64,000 nt of DNA, from the NCBI RefSeq assembly GCF_018977255.1, contig NW_024704743.1:85872001-85936000 (forward strand). The letters run 5' to 3'. Shown here in pieces: positions 38,172 to 50,344 of this stretch. A program made the translations under genes and the position numbers. The first letter of the stretch is position 1. The number at the start of each line of letters is the position of its first letter. The stretch comes from Callorhinchus milii (Eukaryota). The notes under the pieces were generated by a model. The model did no database searches. It was not told where the DNA came from and worked only from the letters and a program-made list of their open reading frames with translations.

Positions 38172-39936
38172 TCAACAACTTGCACTTATATAGCCCCCTC
38201 CACACCGGGCGGCATCTCAGAGCGCTTAACAATGGCGGAGCCCAAGGCCGAGCCAAGGGGAGGGGGAAGGTGACCATAGGTGCGGTCGAAAACGAAGGTC
38301 TTCAGGCACGACCTGAAGATGGGTAAGGAGGGGGGTGAGGCAAAGGGGTTGAGTAAGGGAGTTCCAAAGTTTCGGGGCATAGTGGCTGAAGGCACGGCTG
38401 CCGATGGTGGAGCAGAGGATTCGGTGGATGTGGAGGAGGCTGAGCCCAGTAGAGCGGAGGCAGCAGGTACTGTTGTGGGGAGAGAGGAGATCAGAGAGAT
38501 AGAGGGGTGCCAAGGAATGGAGGGATTTAAACACTGGAGTAAGGATCTTGAAGTTGATCTGCTCTGTGACAGGGAGCCACTGGAGTTTGCCAAGGACTGG
38601 AGTAATCGGGGAACAAAGTTTTGTGTGGGTGAGATTTCGGGCGGTGGAGTTTTGAATGAGATAAATTTTGTGAATACAACAACAACAAGATTACATTTGT
38701 ATAGCGCCTTTCACGTCGGGAGGATGTCCCATAGTGAATAGTGGAGGAGGGGAGACAGGCGAGGAGGGCATTAAAGTAGTCCAGCTGAGAGGTGACAAAG
38801 GTATCGACAAGGGTTTCGGCAGCTTTTGGGGTGAGATATTGTCGGAGATGGTCAATGTGGTGGAGGTCGAAGAAAGTGGTGCTGGTCAGGGATTGGATGT
38901 GGGGGAGGAAAGATAACTTGCACATGGGTTCAATGAGCTTCAAGGACAGATCGGGTAGGTTGAAGAGGTCGGAACTGTGGGACAGAAAATGTCGGCAGGA
39001 GCCAAAGAGTATGGCCTCCATCTTGTTGACGTTTTGTGCAGGAAATTTGGGCTCATCCAGCTCCTGATGTCCAACAGACAAGCTAACAGGACATCAGGGG
39101 ACTGGGAGAAACAGCTGGAGGTGGAAAAGTAGAGTTGAGTGTCATCTGCATACATGTGGAAGTTAACCCTGTGTCTGCGGATGACATCACTGAGAGGAGC
39201 ATATAGATGAAGAAGAGAAGGGGGCCAAGGATGGATCACCGGGGTGCCCCGCAGGTGACTGGGTGGAAACGCAAAGAAAAGCCATTTGCAGAAATGTAGT
39301 GCTGGTGGTTTGAAGGTAGGACTTGAACCAAGCGAGTGCCGTCTCACTGAGGTGAATGATGGAGGATAGGCGATGGAGGAGATCGACTGTGTCAAACGTG
39401 GCAGAGAGGTCCAGGAGGACGAGGAGACAGAGGGAGCCCTGGTCACAGATAAAGAGGATATCGTTTTCCATCTTCACAAGTGCTGTCTCTATACTGTGGG
39501 CAGGCCAGAAACTAGATTGGAGGGGTTTTAGTAGGGTGTGGAGAGAGAGGTGTGTGCGAAGTTGGTTGGCAACAACGCGTTCCAGAGCTTTGACAAGGAA
39601 GGGCAGGTTTGAGATAGGGCGGTAGTGGCCAAGGTTGGTGGAATCAAGAGTACGTTTTATAAGGAGAGGGGTTGATGACCACAATTTTGAGGGTGAGTGG
39701 GACTGATCCTAAGGAGAGAGACGGTTAATAATGTCTGTCAGCAGTGTGCAGAGGAGGGGGAGCTGAGCAATCAGCAGTTGGATGGGGAGGGGTTGAGGCA
39801 GCAGATGAAGAGGTTTATTGTGGTGATGGTGAATGAGAAGGAGGAAAGAGAGATTGGGGCAAATTACTGTAGGATGGGGGCCATGGTAGGAGCTGAGGGC
39901 GGGGTGGGTGAGTGAGACGGAATGGGAGTGGTGGTG
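38172..39936 (-). mobile_element. L2 LINE 3' half (RT + UTR + tail)
   Basis: HYRPISNLPFL, LLDLSATFDT and YADDTQLY motifs with frameshifts; contains a nested 57-bp tail at 38677-38733. Confidence 0.93.
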
Positions 39937-41656
39937 TCCCGCTGATCGCTCGCTCCCGGTCTCTGCGTGCGCATTTTGGCTGCCGCCCCGACCTGAGCTG
40001 CTCCCCCTGGAATTGCTCCTCCTCCTACTCCCCTCTATCCACTACTCCCACTCCGTCCTTCTCTCCCACCACCCTCCCTGCCTTCTCTCTCTCCTGGGCC
40101 CCACCATTACTTCCCTCTGCTCCAGAGTGGGCATCCTCCATCAGACCCATCATGGCTCCCAGCGTTGGTTGTCCCAGAGCAGCCACCCAAACTATCCCAT
40201 CGCTCACTCTCTCCGCACCAACCGCCTCCGAAAGTCAAACACCCCTTCCCTCTCCTTCATTCATACCCTCTCCAACTCTCCCAGCTCCTCAAACTCTACG
40301 GTCATTTCTCCCCTATGACCCCAAATCCTCTTCATACCACTCTCTCCTCCGACCCCCCTCCCCACTAGCAAACCCATCCGGATTTCCCTATAAAATGTCC
40401 ACTCCCTCTCCAATAAAGCCCTCACTATCCATGCCCTCATCCTGGATGAGCACATAGATATTCTTGGGCTTCCGGAAACCTGGCTTTCCCCCAGTGACTC
40501 CGTCCCCCTAGTTGAAGCCTCCCCTCCTTCCTACACCTTCCATCACACCCCCTACCCTAACCAACATAGCAGCAAGGTGGCCCTCATCTCCCAAGCTTCC
40601 CTCGGTCTATCCCCTTGTTCCTCTGGCTGCTTCTCCTCATTTGAGCACCTCACCCTCTACCATCCCTCCTCTCTCTCACTCAAACTTTTCCTGGTTTACC
40701 GCTGCCCAAAACCCCTTGGCTTCCTTCCTCTCCGATATCTCCACTCTCCTCTCCTCCCTGTCCCTCTGCTCAGAACGCCTGCTCATAATGGGCGACTTCA
40801 ACCTCCACCTAAACTCCCCTTATACCACATCCTCAGATTTCACTGTCCTCCTCTCCTCCCTAAACCTCACCCTCCATATTAATTCGCTGACCTGCACCAC
40901 ACCATGGCCACCCCCTCGACCTCGTCATCATACGTGACCTTGACATTTCCAATGACAATGCCATCTCGGACCACTTCCTCATCTCCTTATCCTCTCACAT
41001 TCCTCTTCCCTCCATCAAAACCTTAACCATACTTTTACACCTGTGGAAAAAGCTCCCCGAGACGCTCACAAATGCCCTCTCATCCTCAAACCTCATTTTC
41101 CTCCGGCCTTCCACCCGCAGCAACCCTGAATCAGCCGTCAAGCTGCTCCATGATCGCCTCTCCTCCACCTTCAAATCCCTCGTCTCCCTGAAATCCAGGG
41201 TCGGCTCCAAAACCACCCACTCCTCCTGGTACAACAGCCATCTCCACTCCCTAAAACTCCAAATCCAGTTGCTCGAGTGCAGGTGGCAGAAAACCAGCCT
41301 CACAGTTCACCACCAGCTGTGGCTCGAGCATCTTCACACCTACTGGCCCTTCCTGTCGCAAGCAAAAACTGCACATTACTGAAACATTATAGTGGAGGCC
41401 AACAATAACTCCAAAATCCTATTCTCCACCGCCCACCACCTCCCCATGTGGCCCCTCATGCAGCCTCAATCATCACATCTAACGCCAAGTGCGAAGAGAT
41501 CATGGACTTCCTTACCTCTAAAATTGACAACATCCACCTGGTAGCTTCATCTTCCTGCCCCGTGTCACCTACCACTACCCCCATTCCGTCTCCCTCACCC
41601 ACCCTGCCCTCAGCTCCTACCACAGCCCCCATCCTACATTATTTGCCCCCATCTCT
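39937..41656 (+). mobile_element. L2 LINE 5' half (5' UTR + APE endonuclease), inverted relative to its 3' half
   Basis: ETWL, IMGDFNLH, PLDLVI and SDHFLIS APE motifs. The last ~85 bp duplicate the start of the minus-strand half. Confidence 0.9.
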
Positions 41657-41982
41657 GATGCTGATTTTCAGAACTGGAAGAGAAAACTCTAGCCATATTT
41701 TAATTTGCTTTAACAAGCTGAAGAAAATAATTGGCAGCACTTTTGAGGGCAGAAACCGTCAACCCCCATTCCACAGTGAAGAGGTAGAGGGCGGTTAGTC
41801 AATAACTGGAGGACATCAATTTAAGTTAGCAAATGAGCAAATGGGGTAGTTAAGAGTTTTGTTTCCACACATAGGGCGGTTAGCACCTGCCAGGAGCGGT
41901 GGTTGAGGCAAAATTCATATTAGCTTTCGAATGGGAACCAGATATTGAAAAACAGGTAGACTGCCTGGGTATTGGCGAAAGG

Positions 41983-42135
41983 CAACAACAACTTACATTT
42001 ATATAGTGCCCTTTTATGTAGGTAATGTCTCAAAGCTCTCAATAGTGGTGGAGCGTGAAACAACAACAACAACAAGATTCCATTTATAGAGCGCCTTTCA
42101 CGTCGGGAGGACGTCCCAAGGCACTGGAACCAAGC
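41983..42135 (-). mobile_element. Two tandem L2 tails of different subfamilies
   Basis: caacaacaacttacatttatatagtgccc... followed by (AAC)n gattccatttatagagcgcctttcacgtcgggagg. Confidence 0.85.
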
Positions 42136-42593
42136 TGGTAAGAGAGGAAACGCCAAAGAAGAAGGTCTTCAGATGCGATCCAGAGTTACTTATGATAGAG
42201 TAGAGGGGACAAAGGATATACAAATGGCTGGAGCCAACTGAGCAAAGGGAATAGGTAGAAGAGTAGGGTGTAAGCAGGCAGGCAGGCAATGTCTATGTGA
42301 AAAACCTGCACATCATTATCCTTATACGAACAATCTACACCAATATCTGTATGTCAACAATCTACATATCATTGTCCCATGTGTGAATAATCTATAATCA
42401 CTGTCCTGTATGTTAACCTACGCACCACTGTACCATTTGTGAATAAACTGCATACCATTTTCCTGCATGCGAATAGTGCACAACATTTGTCTATGAGTGA
42501 ATTGAAGTGCTCCGCGTGAAGGGCTTATAAATGCCTGTTGTTTTTGTTGTGAATAACAAACACCTTTGTCTGTATGTCTAGAACTTACTGTTA

Positions 42594-42665
42594 CTGAGAC
42601 GCTATCCGGCGTGGAGGGTGCTATATAAATCCAAGTTGTTGTTGTAAATCCAAGTTGTTGTTGTT
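42594..42665 (+). mobile_element. Minimal L2 tail with duplicated terminus
   Basis: ctgagacgctatccggcgtggagggtgctata followed by taaatccaagttgttgttg twice. Confidence 0.85.
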
Positions 42666-42789
42666 ATGTAACACTACTGTCCATGTATGGATAATATGCA
42701 CAATAATATTGTGTAGAGATAACCTATCAGGGAACCTTTTAAGAATACAATCCCTGTACAATAAATGGAAACAGCAAAGTGATAAACTC

Positions 42790-44705
42790 GTAGTTTATTG
42801 AAAACAGTGCATGGAATATGCACTAGATGGCGATGATGCAAAGACTCCAGTGTTCAACAATTCATGGTCCGTTTCTGGTTTTAAATGAACTTGTTGCATT
42901 ACGTGTGCTGCGTCAGCAGAGAAATAAATGAACAAAAGACTAGCAGTGTTAACTTTTTATAAAGTGGAATGAAACCTATAAATAGAGTCCTCAATTGTTT
43001 TTGACACAGTTTATTCAACTATTTCCTTCAACATTATTTATTTATTTATTTATAACCGGGACTATCAAAAGACTTTAAACCTTGGAATCCTCTCTCAATA
43101 AAAAATGCTTTACACATTACTTCAGCATTGTTTTACTTTTCTCAATCTACTTGTCGATTTTAAAACATGCTAATTACCTGTCCAACACCAAAATTATTGG
43201 TACAACATATTTGAGCGTTCGTAGCAGGAAGATAGAACTACCTCAAAGTCTGGGAGGGAGAAAGTGGACATTTACTTCCCATGATGTTGTAAAATGTACT
43301 TTGAGTTAATGTCACTAATGAAGTTTCAGCTAACATTAGTCATAACCTTTTCCCTTGAATTATCTCACTTAATGGTGCATTTAAACAATTTCAGTCATCT
43401 AAACATAAATATGTAGCTAAAATTAAATGAGTAATTTAGTCATTTAAATTTCACAATAATTCTCTTACAATGCTCTGTTGCAGAATTACTGTTCCAAGGC
43501 CAAATCTGTAACTGCTTCCCCACCACAATTCAGAGGTGCTATTATAAGAAAAAAGTGGCGTGTTCAACAATAGATGCATCATGTGTTTGGAGTGTATAAG
43601 GATGTTGTCCCCAGCAACTGGTTTGCACCAGTATAAAGGTCAAAATAAGGTCTGATTTAAAGTAGGGCTAAAAAGAAAATAAAACTGCTGGGATCTAAAA
43701 TGCAGGATAGTGACGTTAATGCCGATTAGTTACAGGATCAGTGTGAGTGAAAAGCATAAAGCAGGACCACCTGACATATGATGGTCAGGTTACACTGCTT
43801 ACATACAGGCACTCCACAGTATCACTATTACTCACGGCATGACTGTACATGTGTAGGTATGCATACACCTTGCACACCTCCCGATGCACTTGCAGTGGTG
43901 CTGGGATTGTAGAGAGCAAACCGGAGCTTCCAATTCCTGTGATCCATTTTAGCTGGCTGTGCGTGTTTTAAATCCGCCCTGGATGGGTAGATTTCACACC
44001 AGTTAAGCACACAGGGTGATTTCAATGGACATCGGGACATGCATTAGCTGCTGGTGAATGTATCAGCTTACTGATACTGTAGTCAACACAGTGGGTACTC
44101 CAGCAATAGGGCATCTACTTGGGTACATCTCTGTGAGGACAAAACTATCTGAATTGAAGTGTGGTTCAGCTACTCAAAACCATGAATTTTCACTGGATTG
44201 ATGCTATCACAGGTATAAACTCACTGCATACATCTTAGTATTCACAGGCATAGCACACAGATTATAACATTCTTGTCTGAGTTATTTTCATAGAATGAGA
44301 CAAGTGACAATGAATCCTAGCAATTCTTTCACAAGTTTTTAAAGTGTGATGAGGAAAGTCTTTCTCATGAGTGATATGTCAACTCAAACTCACCATTACT
44401 GGGAGACATTTGTTTTATTCTGCAGATGTACTTTCTCAGAATCTTAAATGCACCCTTGAATTAATTCTCAAGCACCATGCGCTACTGTTAAATTTTATTT
44501 TGTCATAGATTCACCCAATGTATGAAATCTCAATACCATGAGCAGTGAATTTCTTATTATATTCTCAGAATAGACTTCTCTGTCAACAAAGCTAGTATCA
44601 TTGATTGGATAGAGAGGGTGAAGGAAATGCAAGTTCCAAGGGTGCAGTGAAGTGGCAGGTTCCAATGTGCTTAATCCAGAATGCTGGCATAGTGCTGGCA
44701 TAGCT
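42790..44705 (-). other. Probable 3' UTR of the minus-strand gene
   Basis: About 1.9 kb with no recognisable repeats after the stop codon; AATAAA on the minus strand at 42794-42799 and about 43010-43050. Confidence 0.45.
42819..42834 (+). promoter_or_regulatory. Candidate CTCF site
   Basis: gcactagatggcga resembles the CTCF core CCACTAGATGGCGC; it lies near the inferred gene end. Confidence 0.4.
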
Positions 44706-44785
44706 TTATGACTGCGTGATCTGCAGAGCATCCAGCATGTCCTCCACGACCTTTAACGAATACTTGGTCTCCTTCTTACCACGAC
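44706..44785 (-). CDS. Terminal coding exon of an unidentified gene: (G)[25 protein letters not shown]
   Basis: Acceptor ctttgttacttcaagcttgcag; strongly GC3-biased codons in an AT-rich context; stop TAA. Confidence 0.72.
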
Positions 44786-46787
44786 CTGCAAGCTTGAAGT
44801 AACAAAGAAGGATTAGATCTAGTTCCCGGCTGGCACTGTTTTAAATCTATGGCACCAAGCCATACAGCCCTCCCCACCCCCATGCTCCAACCTTTCGTGT
44901 CTGATTGCTGAAATGACTTGTAATGCACCTTTCAAAAAGGACAATGAAACTGGAGAGCATTTATTTTCACCCAGGACACTGACATTTTCTCAATGCAATG
45001 CTTTCCCATAACATAAGAATTAATACAACCTTGTTTCACACTGGGACAAACTACCACATAACAGGTTCATATCCACTTGAGAAAAGAGGTATTCAATAGG
45101 GCCTCAAGACTGCTATTCATTACGAAAATAGCAATTCTATTTCAATAATAAGGTGAGAAATGATTTGTTGGAAGAGTTTACTTCACTGGCAATTATCCAA
45201 AAGACAGCATTCATTTTGACCTGGCTCTTCTTTAGCCATCGAACAGATACACACGTATAGAGATACAGGTATAAGCTATTTGTTCAATTAAGGTCATTGC
45301 TTTAATGGAAGCACATGTCATCACCTAATATGTCATCAAATTTAATTCTAAATTGTGGTCACGTTATGCACCACAACACTGTAGACCACACCAGTGGATT
45401 TTTAATTAAATCTGTAAATGTTGGCGATTCTCCAGATATGTGAAGTGACACTATCAGCTGTCTTCATCACATTTTAAATCTCTAAACTTGTCTTTGAGGT
45501 CGAACACCATTACATGACTGCCTCTAAGTTATTGATATTTAAAGCCACAAACCTGTCCAAAAGTTTAAGTGATAAAGCAGCAACAATAGAAATTGTTTCT
45601 ATTGTTTCTAAGAGACAACAGAAACAATAGAAGTAAATTATTTTCTTGTGCTAGCAGGCTTTCTCTGCAATTAGTCGAATCCTGTGCTCATGTAGAATCT
45701 GACATTTATATTAAACTGGATATGCATTTTGGCATAAAATAGCAGGGAAAATATGTCTTTCTAAAAACACTATACTTTTCTTATAACTGCTATTAAAAAT
45801 ATCAACAGCAAGAGACTTTAAAAACACGTTGGGGGTCAGAATCTTTCTGTCAACGTAACAGTCGGTGCTTTGAAAACATTAGACTTTTATAATCAATCCA
45901 TTGCAAATCCTTACACAAGTCCAACATTAAGCCATAGGAAGTTAATGCTCAAAAGATGACAACGGCCCATTTGCACATTTATGCACCAGTAATGCACATT
46001 TTCATAGTAAAAGACATAGATGTTCAGTTTGCTCAAAAGATATTGAACATAAAATCCCATAGTTTTGCCTGCCTCTCATACCTTTGAGTTGTGTACTGTT
46101 CACCAGAAAATACATATATTCTTTGTTAGCTTATATGTAAAGTTTATTTTACAAATAAATAACAGATAGTTAGCACTTAAGGATTTACGACACTGGTATC
46201 TGTTGCAGCAACTTAGTAGCTAAAGATGGTTTAGTCTTTCTCCTTTTTAAATAGGTTAAGATGATACTTTTACAGCCCAAGCTGCCTGGTCAAGCAGTTG
46301 AGTGCTCAACACTAATTCAAAAAATTGCCAGTGTGAGTCCTAGAATAGCCCATCACTCAAACTTGCTCTCAATAATGAGTTCAGTCAGTTTTTAACTGAG
46401 AATGTAAGGTAAGCATCTAAATATTTCATCTCAGCTCAGGAGAATAAGAATTCAAGAGTTATTCAACACCTCACCTCACACAAAAAAGTCTGGAGGGAGT
46501 ACCTTGTGTTCAAAACACTCAAAGATAGAAGAAATAATTATAATATAGCTCGTGTGTGGCTAAGAAACCTCGCTTTTCCACATTTCCTGGATCTTCCAGC
46601 TCCATTCGTGGATCTCTCCAAAGATGTACATTCTAGAAAGGTGTCAGGGAAGTCTCGACAGTTTAGTGGAGGATGGGTGGGTTTTATCTGGGAGCAGAGC
46701 ACAGACGAGCAGGCATCAGTCTGGGAACCACCTGACTCTGGGAAATTGCAGTATCGACCAGGTATTTCAATGTTCTTGGAGCGTTGT

Positions 46788-47064
46788 CTGTACTGTGCTA
46801 TCCTGGGAGAGGGTATTGATGCATCCGTGTATATTGTTATTCCCTGGCAGGGTGTATTGATGCCTGTTTGTTTGTACTGTTCAATTCTGGGAGGGGGTAT
46901 TGATGCCAACTCATCTGTATTCTGTTAACATGGGAAGGAATATTGATGACTCCTCATCTGTACTGTGCTATCCTGGGAGCTGATATTGATGCCTATTTGT
47001 CTACAGTGTGCTTTCCTGGGAAGTGGTATTGATGCCTGCTTGTATTTATATTGTGCTATCCTGC
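46788..47064. repeat. Degenerate minisatellite, ~42-43-bp unit, about 6.5 copies
   Basis: tattgatg recurs at about 46814, 46856, 46898, 46941, 46984 and 47027 within the unit tgtactgtgctatcctgggagagggtattgatgcc. Confidence 0.88.
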
Positions 47065-48325
47065 ACCTCAAAATCCACTCCCAAGCTAATTCAAAGCACT
47101 CAATCCATTGCACCTCTGCCTCAGAACAACAGTGTGTCTTAGGATTGGAGGAGGCTGGTCACAGATTGAGTAGGAAAGTGAGTCATCGTAACAAATATAT
47201 TAAATATCATTTTTTTCTATTTAGGACAATACTGTACTATGAACAAAATAAATACTTCCGATCCATTCACATGATTTTTACCACCAGTAATACTTAGTGA
47301 AAAGATGGAAAAGGAGCACCTCCATGTGGAGAGAATGTTACTGTCCAATTTTGAAACAGACTGATTTTCAATACTTCCTGTTTTGTCAAAAGAACTCAAG
47401 ATTTCAATTCAACACAAGAGTTTTGCAGCTCTGACGAGCATGTTTTTAAAATGCCATCATTTAGTTTTTTGCAAAAAATATTTCAGCATTTGTATTACTT
47501 TATAATCACAGACTACATTTATATCTATTGCGGCAAAAAATTAAGGGTGAGACAACTCTATATATTTATTCAAAAGACACTTTCTAAATATTGTGGCTAC
47601 GATCTTTCAGCTAATCAATATTTTCCTTTTACAATCAAGTTCCTATCTTAACATTGCATTTCTAACAATTTAAATATAAAATATTCTCTAAATCCAGTGG
47701 ATCTGCACAGAAAGTGTTTTATAGTTCACAGGGTTTCAGTTGTACAACATTTGCACAGCTGCCAGCTATTCAATTTGTAACCAGACTCAAATATTTTTTT
47801 CTGCCCAAGATTGCACTTGCAGTAAGAATGAGATGGAAGACTGTATCCAATGGAAAGTTTCAGAAAACATCCAAAGATGTGAACAGCTTGGATCTTACTT
47901 CTTCCTGTGCATATTTTTAGTGTAGTTAGAGGTAAAATTTGTTGGAGTATCTTCTTATGATAGCATAATCTTAATCCTGACACATTTTATTTGCTTTGCA
48001 GGTCCCTCCCTGACCATATATCTATAAGGCTGAGAATGCAGAGCGAGCAAGCAAGCAGCCTACTCACAGGTGTCTCAGCAAACAGTGTCATCCTAGTGCT
48101 TTGAAGTTGTTAAGTTAGAGCTTTGAACTATGGTATATTGTAGTTATTAGTTGTACTGTCTTGATGCTGTGATCTTCCCAAGAAGGTACTAATCACCTTT
48201 GTCAAGTAGCTACGGTAATATTAGAAGGAAATTACATAGATCCAGAGCTTCACACTGAGATTGGATGCCTCCAGCCTTAGCCGACCGTCCGCAGGCAGTT
48301 CAGAGGCGGGAGTGTTATCCCTGTG

Positions 48326-48387
48326 TTAAGCACTGGCACACCGGCTGCTTGCGGCCTTGGCCAGAATCCTCTTGCAATCCAAGCATA
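48326..48387 (-). CDS. Candidate alternative terminal exon: (V)CLDCKRILAKAASSRCASA*
   Basis: GC/CpG-rich unique island; weak acceptor cactaaattgtag; same phase as the 44785 exon. Confidence 0.3.
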
Positions 48388-48657
48388 CTACAATTTAGTG
48401 ACCGTTTAGTTTTATGCATGGTTTGGCAATTACCAAACTACTTTCGAGCATTTCCTCAGAGAGAGCATGAGCTAATAACCCATGAACAGGGCCAACAGAA
48501 AAACAGAGTGGCATGCAATTAATAGACACTAGCAATTACTGGTTAATTTTGAGAAACCTTGGATTTTAAATAATGAGCAAATGAACATGTAATTTAAATA
48601 AACCTGAATATTCAATCCTGGCCAAACTTTAAATTGTCCAACTCTTTAACCACCAAT

Positions 48658-48906
48658 AAAACCTTGGGCAAGTTTCCTTACTCCACACGCCTAATAATAA
48701 TCCCTCCAAAACAAAACAATAATAAATTGGTCATTTTCAATCAACGATTGTTTGTAGGACACTGCTGTGTGCAATTGGCTGCCATGTTTCGCCCACAAAT
48801 ATACGGTCAATTCACTTTACAGCATATTCTGTGAAGCGCTTTGAGACGTCGAGAAGACGTGAAAAGCGCTATATCAAATGCAAGGCTTATTACTATATTA
48901 TTATAA
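48658..48906 (+). mobile_element. tRNA-Ala-headed SINE (short form, head truncated)
   Basis: aaaccttgggcaagtttccttactccacacgcctaataataatccc through the tail. Confidence 0.92.
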
Positions 48907-49750
48907 TAAAACTAAGAGCAGTTATTCACAGGCATGTGCCAATCTGATTTAGCAATCCTCGTTTTTCTTTGAAATGGCTATTTAAAGAGTCATTATGCCT
49001 CATAAATTGTTTTTTCTTTCTACAAACCAGCAATTATCGACAAACTCTGGTCCTCGTTACTCTATACTAACATGATTAAATCCCATTTTTGAATTTCCAT
49101 GCTGTATGGTAAACAGTCCACTTCCAATGATTAAAACAGCTTTCTTTACAGTACAGTTTTATGTTCAGAGACTATCACAGTCCAGCTTCACTGTGAGTCC
49201 ACAGCATCACAGGACACAAAGTTTACCTCCTGACAACCTTAAGCCAATTTTGAATGCAAGAGAGTGAAAGAAAACTCATGCCTCTCTTCCAAATAATCAG
49301 ATTAATAAGGACATACAGAAGCATTCAAGTAAACATTCTAAGATAAATTAAATCACAGGTCCTTAAGCACCATGGTTTTATTAAGCTTTCCGTAATTGTT
49401 TCCTTCCCTTAGCAAATACACAGATCATGCCACAGATAAATTTTTTTTCAAAAGTCTATATAGTTAACATTGTATTGGATTATCAATTTTTAATAGAACA
49501 ACATTTTCAATCAGTCCTTATGCTATTCATATATTTTTATTAGATATCTGGTACTTAGACATGATCAATCCAGTCTGTACAAAAGGTGAACCTATATTAA
49601 TAATGACATAAGTGTGAGAACAAGCACCAGCTGTTGTTCTACAGTTGAACCTTGGGTTCAGCTCTGACCCTTGATCACTCCCAGATGTCTAAATATCTTC
49701 CTGAGTACCTCTCCCCAGAATGGTTATGATAATCACCAGGTACCACTTAC

Positions 49751-49809
49751 ATTTATGACCAAAGTTTCGTCACAATCAATCACACACCCTGTCTTGTATT
49801 ATCCCCCAG
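49751..49809 (-). other. Candidate 59-nt stop-containing cassette exon
   Basis: ttctttgctctgtag|CTGGGG...AAAT|gtaagt; stops in all three frames. Confidence 0.3.
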
Positions 49810-50147
49810 CTACAGAGCAAAGAATCACAGTTCTAGGGTAGGCCCAAAGGGCAAAGCAACCAGTCCTTTAATTTTGATTTGCCAGGCGGCACAGGCACCT
49901 TTTCACACACTTGGTTCCCATAACTGGCCAGCGCGATAAAAGCTTTCAAGTGGTTTAGAAGAAGCAGTGGAGGAGATTGCTTATTACTTCCTTTCCCCAG
50001 CTGATAAAGAGAGTTACATTTGTACTGGAAGAGAACAGAGCCTTTCTTTAATGGCCTCCCATTCCCATGCAAACAGAAACTGCCCTAATCAGATGTTAGG
50101 GAGTTCCAATCCCTGGAAAACAGCTTTGATGCAGAGTTTTAACTTGC

Positions 50148-50171
50148 CTGCAGATGTCAGTTCTTGGGAAC
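50148..50171 (-). CDS. Candidate 24-nt microexon (G)SQELTSA with a GC donor
   Basis: tttttatctctag|GTTCCCAAGAACTGACATCTGCAG|gcaagt; phase 1-1, in frame with the terminal exon. Confidence 0.45.
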
Positions 50172-50344
50172 CTAGAGATAAAAATCATGCAAGCTGGAAA
50201 CAAAACTTTCTGGTATCACATCTGAAACTGCTGACATATAATTTAGCACTAATTATGAGAAGAGTTACATCAGAAACAAAGACCATTAAAACATAAATAT
50301 TTAGGTAAGTGAAAGAGTCTTTAAAAACAATACGTAGCTCATGT

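Noticed and set aside
39908..40457. Pro/Ser/Leu-rich ORFs as an L2 ORF1 or host gene
   Set aside because: Pyrimidine-rich L2 leader read across the inversion junction; no domain features.
46788..47064. CRISPR-like array
   Set aside because: The whole unit is repeated with no unique spacers; eukaryotic context.
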